This document shows, piece by piece, positions 55,980-64,000 of a stretch of DNA of 64,000 nt; the first letter of the stretch is position 1, and every line of letters starts with the position of its first letter. This stretch comes from Octopus sinensis (Eukaryota): positions 39,742,001-39,806,000 of the forward strand of contig NC_043012.1 in the NCBI RefSeq assembly GCF_006345805.1, written 5' to 3'. Position numbers and translations under genes: made by a program. Below the pieces are notes generated by a model. That model was given only the letters and a program-made list of their open reading frames with translations, made no database searches and had not been told where the DNA came from.

Positions 55980-56250
55980 TATGGAAAAGCAGGAGAGAAA
56001 ACAAACGTAAGACGGTAACATTCGACCCAAGACATTGAAGTAAAGAATCGAATGAATTTTGTCCAAAACATGGTTTGATGGTTGTTATCGTTTCTTCGTT
56101 GCAAACGTTTCGGACAGAAAACCTTTAAACGACTTTTGCTGCCGCATATGTAGCAACTTCGCTTTCGGCCTTGAATGATCTGCTTTATGTCCTTTCTCGG
56201 GGCACCCATCACAAGGCACACCAGTGGAATGCTTTCCGTTTCTGTGTTAC
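55980..56250 (-). mobile_element. Possible retroelement gag/ORF1 relic with degenerate zinc knuckle
   Basis: CYICGSKSRLKVFC (56114-56155) has C-x2-C-x4-[H>R]-x4-C spacing. Confidence 0.35.
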
Positions 56251-57189
56251 CAAGAGCACGTGTGTGTCCATGGTAACTGTATCCAGCCAGTGGTCACCGA
56301 ATGTTAAGTCGCCGATGGTCCATACTGCGAAATGAATACGATGATGATTCAGAGTTGACGGGGTCACCTATGGTTTAGCTGCTCCCCTCATATTCCTTAT
56401 TCCCATAAACTGTATGACCAATTTAGAAATAGGTGTGGCACATTGAATATAACCCGGTACCTTTGTCTTGTCCTCATTTTTATAAACAATACATATTATC
56501 CTATATGCCTTGTTTCTCCTGATGAGAGAAATGTCATTCCATTAGCTGAAAGGGCTTCGTCAAATTATTCTCCAGGGGCATAATGAAAACTCCTCCGCCT
56601 CTGCAACGCCCAAATAACTTAGTTTTCTCTGTGTGTGTGAATGCTGTTACCTACACTGCTATTTTTATTTTACTGGAATGTCATATTTCTTCCATTTCCC
56701 GCAATTAATGACTGTATGTTTTTGCCTGTTTGCAAGTTTCTTTACTTTGTTCGATGTAATTTTTTAAGGGGTGTGCGACTGTTCCTGTCTCATACAAATC
56801 TATTATTGACTTTAAGTCTTCTCCGTGTACAAAAAATAGGAACATGAAAACAAGAAAAAGAAAAAGAAACACTAATGTTCTATTCTCAACTCACTCCGGA
56901 TTAAACTCCTGAATCGTTAAATAATAGTCCCCTCGTATTAAAATACAAAAATAAAAGATGTTTCTTTCGGTTATATTTGAAAATCGCCGAGAAATCTCAG
57001 AGTAAAATCAGGCACGTCTGAATGACTCGGCAGCGAATAACATCCACAAACAGCAGGAGCAACTGCAAGAGGTAGTTCGGCTTTGTCACTGAATCAATAT
57101 GGAAGGGGTTTTCAGCAAAGATTTTCTTCTATTGAACACACAATGCTTATTATTCAGTATCGGCAAATATGTAAGAGAAGGGGGGGAGA

Positions 57190-57231
<42 letters not shown>

Positions 57232-57536
57232 CATGACAAGCAATGTCAAAAACAGAAAACGAAACAGTGGTGTGCGTGCGCGCAAGCGTGTGTATGAGTG
57301 TGTGCGTGCGTACGAGCGTGCGTGCGCACTGTCACAGAAACACTTGTACACATAAACACCTCATCTCTGTAATATATACATACGCAGTGCTAAACATACA
57401 TACACGCATATTCTCTCTCTCTCTCCCTCTCACTTTCTCCCTTTCTCTCTCTCTGTAAGACGAACATTCTACCTATACAACCACTCTCCCTATCTCCCTT
57501 CCTCTCTCTCTCTTCCTTATGCTGTCTCTCTCTCCT

Positions 57537-57582
<46 letters not shown>

Positions 57583-57699
57583 CCACCCCAAATATTTTCT
57601 GCCAATGAATCTACCTCCGACTCTCTTTTTTTCTCTTTGTATCTGAATACGTAAACTCACGCCGAGGCGGACGCGAACGCACGCAGGGACCGTACGAAC

Positions 57700-57845
57700 A
57701 AATGGTGAAGATGTTGGCTTCGGAACCACGAAGTGCCGGGTTCGATCTGACTGCGTGGCATCTTGGGTGATTGACATTTTCTATAACCCTGAGTCAATCC
57801 ATATTTTGTGAATAAATTAAAGAAAACGGAAACTATATGGAATTC
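57700..57845 (+). mobile_element. SINE family A, head fragment
   Basis: ccgggttcgatctgactgcgtggcatcttggg...acggaaact. Confidence 0.55.
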
Positions 57846-58377
57846 CGCCGGAGGAATTACACCCGTAATTCAAAACCAAAGATACACCCTTGTCAGACAC
57901 AGTGTCACATTGATACGGCCTGAGAATTGCGTTATTGTTAAACATGTTTGAGGTATACTCAACCGCATATACACTCTCGAACGACGAATATCGACTACAA
58001 TACACACACACATATATATATATATATATATTTGCACACACATAGAAGAAACGAACACATTTACTCACACACATGTATGTATATAATTACATGTAGACAG
58101 ATAGATGAATGGAGGGAGATTTAGATAAGGGGGAAGGAAAATGAAAATGTATAGAAAGAACGAAAGGAAATCGTGAGTAAGAAAGAAAAAACACATACAC
58201 AAAGCGAAAGGGAAAAGAAAAATTATATAAAAAAATGAACACGAACTGGGAGAATAGAAGAACCGAAGAATAAAAGAATATAAGAATGATTCCAATAGCA
58301 GAGATAAAGAGGGGTGCTTTTGTATAAGACTGAAACATACCATACAGTACATATTTACATACACTCACACACACAGA

Positions 58378-58425
<48 letters not shown>

Positions 58426-58599
58426 GTACACACACACACACACACATATATATATAAAGTTATACATACACGCACAAAGCGTTCCATATCTCCGATACGC
58501 GGACTTACTAACTACGTATTACAGTTGTTGTTGTTGCTGTTGTTTTTATTATTATCATTATCATTATTGTTATTATTATTATTGTTATTATTATTATTA

Positions 58600-58636
<37 letters not shown>

Positions 58637-59061
58637 CATTAATATTATTATTATTATTCTTTATGTCCTCATATTTTTAGTACTATTTTCATATGTTTTT
58701 CTGATTGTACCATTTGATAATGCATATTGATCTTACACCAGGTAGCATGTATATCAGTACATGCGTGTGCACTCACAAGCACACACACACACACATACAA
58801 ACACATGTACATTTATGCATATATATGGTATGTGCATATATATATTTGCATACATACATCATTGCATACTTCTGCATAAATATATATATATAGGTATACA
58901 TGTGAATATGTTTGCTTTCATGTGCGTATTGATATGTATACATATTCCTGTATACATAGATACATAAAGATATTCATATATGTGTAGAATAGTTATGCAA
59001 GTACGTATAATATGTCGTTCCGTTTGCATACGAACATATACACTACGTAAACATATGTGTC

Positions 59062-59173
<112 letters not shown>

Positions 59174-59253
59174 TATATAATATAAAACATGCACCCAGAT
59201 ACACACGCATGTATAACATAGTGAATGTGTAGAACGAACCCTCTGTGCTAATA

Positions 59254-59290
<37 letters not shown>

Positions 59291-59525
59291 CCATCCAATC
59301 AATATACGTGATTTCCTTCCTCTCACTACGACTACATATTTACAGCTTATCTAAATCAATACACAGATATGTTCCGGCTTTTTTTCTCTTCTTTACTCAC
59401 TCTTTTAACTAATTACATATATACGCACTCACGTATGTATGTATGTATGTACACATATTTGTAACTGTAGGTATGCGTGTGCTTATCCATGCATGCATCT
59501 GTACATATGCGTGTGGGTATATATG

Positions 59526-59580
<55 letters not shown>

Positions 59581-59772
59581 AAGCTCCAAAGAATAAATAT
59601 GTTGGCTCGTCTTTTAGTCCCAAAGAACCATGTTCCAATATATTCCATAATCTAACAGGCATTTGATTCTTGTATTATTTCTGTTTCTTTTCTTCTTCCA
59701 TTCTTATTTAATCCTTCGTTCTCAACAGTTCCTCATTTTACTTTACCCTATTTTCATATTTACACACACACA

Positions 59773-59803
<31 letters not shown>

Positions 59804-60065
59804 TACACACACACACACGTTTATGAGAAACATGCCTCTCAGCTTTCAGCATAATTAGGCTTTACAATATATGTTTTAACAAATCTGCAGCAAACATCTA
59901 CAAAAATTATAAATTCATGGGTTTGCGACACAGTTTCCTATGACAAGGAAGAATAGATAAAAACAGCTAATCTTTGATAAGTGATCTTACACAACAAACA
60001 TATACATACACACATACACACACGCATATATATATATACATATATATATATATATTATATATATA

Positions 60066-60140
<75 letters not shown>

Positions 60141-61730
60141 CAGAAACACATATATGGACTGTTCTTGATTATACAGACCCTATACTCGGAACCATCGCTG
60201 GGTTGGATCTACAGTTAATATTGGACTGAGTACCTATATAATATATATATATATATATATATATCTATATATATATATATCTGTGTGTCAATCAATTAAC
60301 ATCAATTTAAACCAGTGGTCTTGCATATTCAAATCACCTTGCTACAAAGAGCGTGTTCTTAGAGTGTAGTGAACCCACATGCAATTAGTGACGCATGAAA
60401 TTATGCCTCCTGATGGGTAGATGTGTGGAGAAAAGCATTGCATTCTGGGGGAAATTCCGGGACCAGCAACACATAAATAAGCTACATGAGACATCGAAAA
60501 AATCGTTTTTAACAGATGTATGCATCAACACAACAGCTAATCAGGTGATTACAAAACACACTCTTTGTGGTAAGGCGATTTGACGTCTATATCTAGCGTA
60601 TAGGAATCCATTTTAGTGGTTATTCCTCTTATTAATTGTAATATATATATATATATATATATTCTTCTGACTAACTGCAACTTGCTTCAACGTGCTGTAA
60701 GCTGAATATTACGTACCCAGCCAATCCAGGTGCCCTTCTTGTTGATATAATTAGATTCTAACGAATCCTGCAGCTGATCTACATATATAAATACTTAATA
60801 ACATAAGGTTGAAAACTGGCAATCTTTAATGATGAGTGACAGCATATGTTTCTGCACCCCCACACCAGCGTTAAGTAGCAATTTATTTATGTATATCTAT
60901 AATTCAGCAGAGGTTTTGTTTACACACAGTACACACTTGTGCTATAAGTATACCGAGTACCATAAACGTCAATTTACGTCTTTGACGCAATGATACTGAA
61001 TATCTAAACGTCAGCTGGTTTCGAAGAAATGAGATAACCTAAAGTTGATTTAGTGGAGTATTTCAATGGTTGCCATCTTTACTGTATTACAGGAGTTTTT
61101 TGAAACTCTTCGGGAAACATATGTCCCTGTTTTAGGAATTTGACATTAGCTCCTTTATTTCAAAATTGGTGCGAGCGGGTGAACATTAGGGGAAGTTTGT
61201 CTTTCATGACGAGGTCATATACCTTTCATCGGTTTTGGAATTTCTTTGTTTTTTTCCAGCACCACTCATACAATGCTCGATCTTTGTCATGTCTTTACCA
61301 AATATACTTTGAAAGAGTTGTTGGGGTTAATTTTGTATTTTGGGATCAGCCGTTTAGCTGTTGTGACGATGCATACATCTGTTAAAAATGATTTTTCCGA
61401 TAATTTTAATGTAGCTTATTTATGTGTTGCTGGTCCGTGAATTTTCCCAGAATGCAATGCTTTTCTCCACACATCTCCCCAGCTCTGCGTTCAAATCTGG
61501 CGAAGCCAACTTTACATTTCATCCATCAAAGGTCGATCAAATGAATTACAGGTGCTGTGGGAGAATGGTATGAAGGGACCGTGTTATATACTAGTGTGCA
61601 TGGGATGTGTATATGCCTGCGCGATGTGTGCACATGTAAGTCGCACGTATATTTATGTGCCTTTTTGTGCGGTGTGTATTTATGTGTGGTATGCGTATAT
61701 AAATATGTGCGTGCATGTGTGTTGTGTGTA

Positions 61731-61931
61731 TACTCTTTACTCTTTTACTTGTTTCAGTCATTTGACTGCGGCCATGCTGGAGCACCGTCTTTAGCCGAGC
61801 AAATCGACCCTAGGACTTATTCTTTGTAAGCCTAGTACTTATTCTATCGTCTCTTTAACCGAACCGCTAAGCGACGGGGACGTAAACACACCAGCTTCGG
61901 TTGTCAAGCGATGTTGGTGGAGCAAACACTG

Positions 61932-61968
<37 letters not shown>

Positions 61969-62147
61969 CATATACATATATACGACGGGCTTCTTTCAGT
62001 TTCCATCTACTAAATCCACTCACAAAGCTTTGGTCGCCCCGAGGCTATAGCAGAAGACACTTGCCCAAGGTGCCACTCAGTGGGACTGAACCCGTAACCA
62101 TGTGGCTGGTTAGCAAGCTACTTACCACACAGCCACTCCTGCGCCTA
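61731..62147 (-). mobile_element. SINE family A, full length
   Basis: Complete tail, core and head on the minus strand. Confidence 0.9.
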
Positions 62148-62409
62148 TATGTATATCTACATAGTATGTGCGATGAAGGGAGATTGCGGGAGGTAACTCA
62201 GAAATCTAAAACCTTTAACTTGCCTCCATTGCATTACCACAATTATCAACACAACCAGTACCACTATCACCACAACAACACCGTTATCACCACTATGCTT
62301 CCACTACGACCACCCCTACTATCACCTCTTCTATCAGCTCCATCATTATCACACCAGTACTACCATTATCGTATTAAATATGTTTATCGTAACAGTAAAT
62401 GTACGTGAA

Positions 62410-62447
62410 GGGGGGGGGGAGCACGCCATTTGCTGCTCCCCCCCCCC
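62410..62447. other. Perfect 14-bp GC-rich inverted repeat (hairpin/cruciform)
   Basis: G10-AGCA (cgccatttgc) TGCT-C10. Confidence 0.8.
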
Positions 62448-62619
62448 AATAACACACGCACAAAAAAAAGAAGCAAAATGATAAACCAGCATTATTAACA
62501 ATATATGTTATTTAGCAAACAAGCCGTATAAATATGATTATTGATAAAAACCAAATCAACTTAACAACAACAACAACAATAACAATAATAATAACAATAA
62601 CAATAATAATAATAATAAC

Positions 62620-62656
<37 letters not shown>

Positions 62657-63149
62657 TAATAATAATAAGCCGGCAAAAACCTAGTCAAATCAAGCAGGAG
62701 TGAATAATACCAGCTAATTATTGTTAATAGCTGCTGCCTGGTTGCCTGTGTGATTAGCAGCCATGATTCCCTTGATTATATCTTTTACATTAGATTTGTT
62801 TCTTCGCATTCTTTCTAGACTTCGTCAATTACTAAAAGACTTGAAATCAGTTTAAATATCTCTTAGCTCCAACAGTGACAACAACGTTAATCTAATTCGT
62901 CACAACTTTGCTACATTTGCGAAGAATAAAAAGATTTCAGTTTAACAATTCAGTCTATAAGATTGACTTTTTTTTTGTTTTGTTTTTACCCTTCCGTTGT
63001 CGTTGAGTTGTTGTTGTTGTTGTTGTTGTTTCCTTCGTTTCTTATTTTCTCCTTCTTTCCTCTTCTGCTTGTTGTATGAAGCAACAGTGTGAAACTTATT
63101 AAGAAATGTTAGATAAAACAATATCTGATTATTCGCAGTTTACCAATTA

Positions 63150-63499
63150 CACTTGTGTGTTTATAAATCTTATATATGTCTCTCTAAACTTATATGTGAG
63201 TGTGTGTGTATGCATGTATATGTGTATATACGCATATATATGTGCGTGTATGTATATATGCATATGTGTGTGTAATTGTGTGTGTGTGTATGTTTGTATG
63301 TATGTATGTATATACGTATCTGTATCTAGGTAAGTGTATAATGTGTGTATATATTTAGGCTTATATGTGTATATATGTGTATATATATATGCGTATGTGT
63401 GTGTGTATATATCTATGCAAGTGTATATGTGTGTATATATATATTTATTTAGATGTATATATAGGTATTTAATGCATATATGTTCATATATACACGGCT

Positions 63500-63553
<54 letters not shown>

Positions 63554-63760
63554 AGGTGTTTTTATATATCTGCATATATATAGCTATTTATACATGCGTA
63601 TATATATATCGATATATATATATTTATGCCTGGGCATATATATGTATATGTATGTATAAGTATATATATGTGTGTATACGCGTATATATATGCGTAAACG
63701 TATATATGCGTGTGTATATACATGTGTGCATGTGTATAGGTGTGTATATATGCACCTTGA
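63150..63760. repeat. Large degenerate TA/TG low-complexity block
   Basis: Direct reading. Confidence 0.9.
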
Positions 63761-64000
63761 GCGAGTTGTAATAAGATACCTTTAACTGTCTCAGTGTCTA
63801 ATATCGTCATGGTTACGACGGTCATTATCATCATTGTATCCAAAAATCTTAATGACCCTGATTAACACCTGGTTAGACCTGATTAAGTCTTGACCTAGAG
63901 GTCAATCTTGTCCTGGGTTCAATGACAGACAATGCCATCATCATTCTTTCCCCGCAACGACGTGTCATATTCTATATGTGTCCAACCACATGCTAGAAAC

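Noticed and set aside
56519-56540. CTGATGA-GA-GAAA-TGTC
   Set aside because: No room for stem II and no stem I pairing.
57841-57962. Cluster of short, partly overlapping hairpins
   Set aside because: Stems of 5-7 bp in AT-rich DNA are expected by chance; no known RNA motif.

Overview
This is AT-rich, microsatellite-saturated eukaryotic DNA, essentially intronic or intergenic. The SINE families and composition resemble an octopod cephalopod genome (inference). I can support no intact host gene, tRNA, rRNA or CRISPR array; almost all ORFs in the supplied track are translations of (TA)n/(CA)n/(ATT)n tracts. The window holds: many tRNA-derived SINE copies of at least three families; decayed LINE 3' ends (RTE, CR1/L2-like, and several R4/Dong-like RLE elements next to TAA/GAA repeats); a mariner transposase relic; a small non-autonomous Helitron; a hAT-type MITE; and two ~1.1-kb tandem duplications bounded by (TA)n, which may be assembly artefacts. 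The main finding is at 50608-51610. It is a head-to-tail array of ~362-bp units, each carrying an intact-looking type I hammerhead ribozyme (U3-A8 core variant, palindromic stem III, GUC site) and several short hairpins. This matches a non-LTR retrozyme or Penelope pLTR array that could release a ~362-nt circular RNA. Two further, unrelated minimal-hammerhead families occur at 1127-1172 (-) and 21966/30693 (+). The CR1/L2-like LINE relic also shares its 3' tail with the dominant SINE, suggesting a SINE-LINE partnership.
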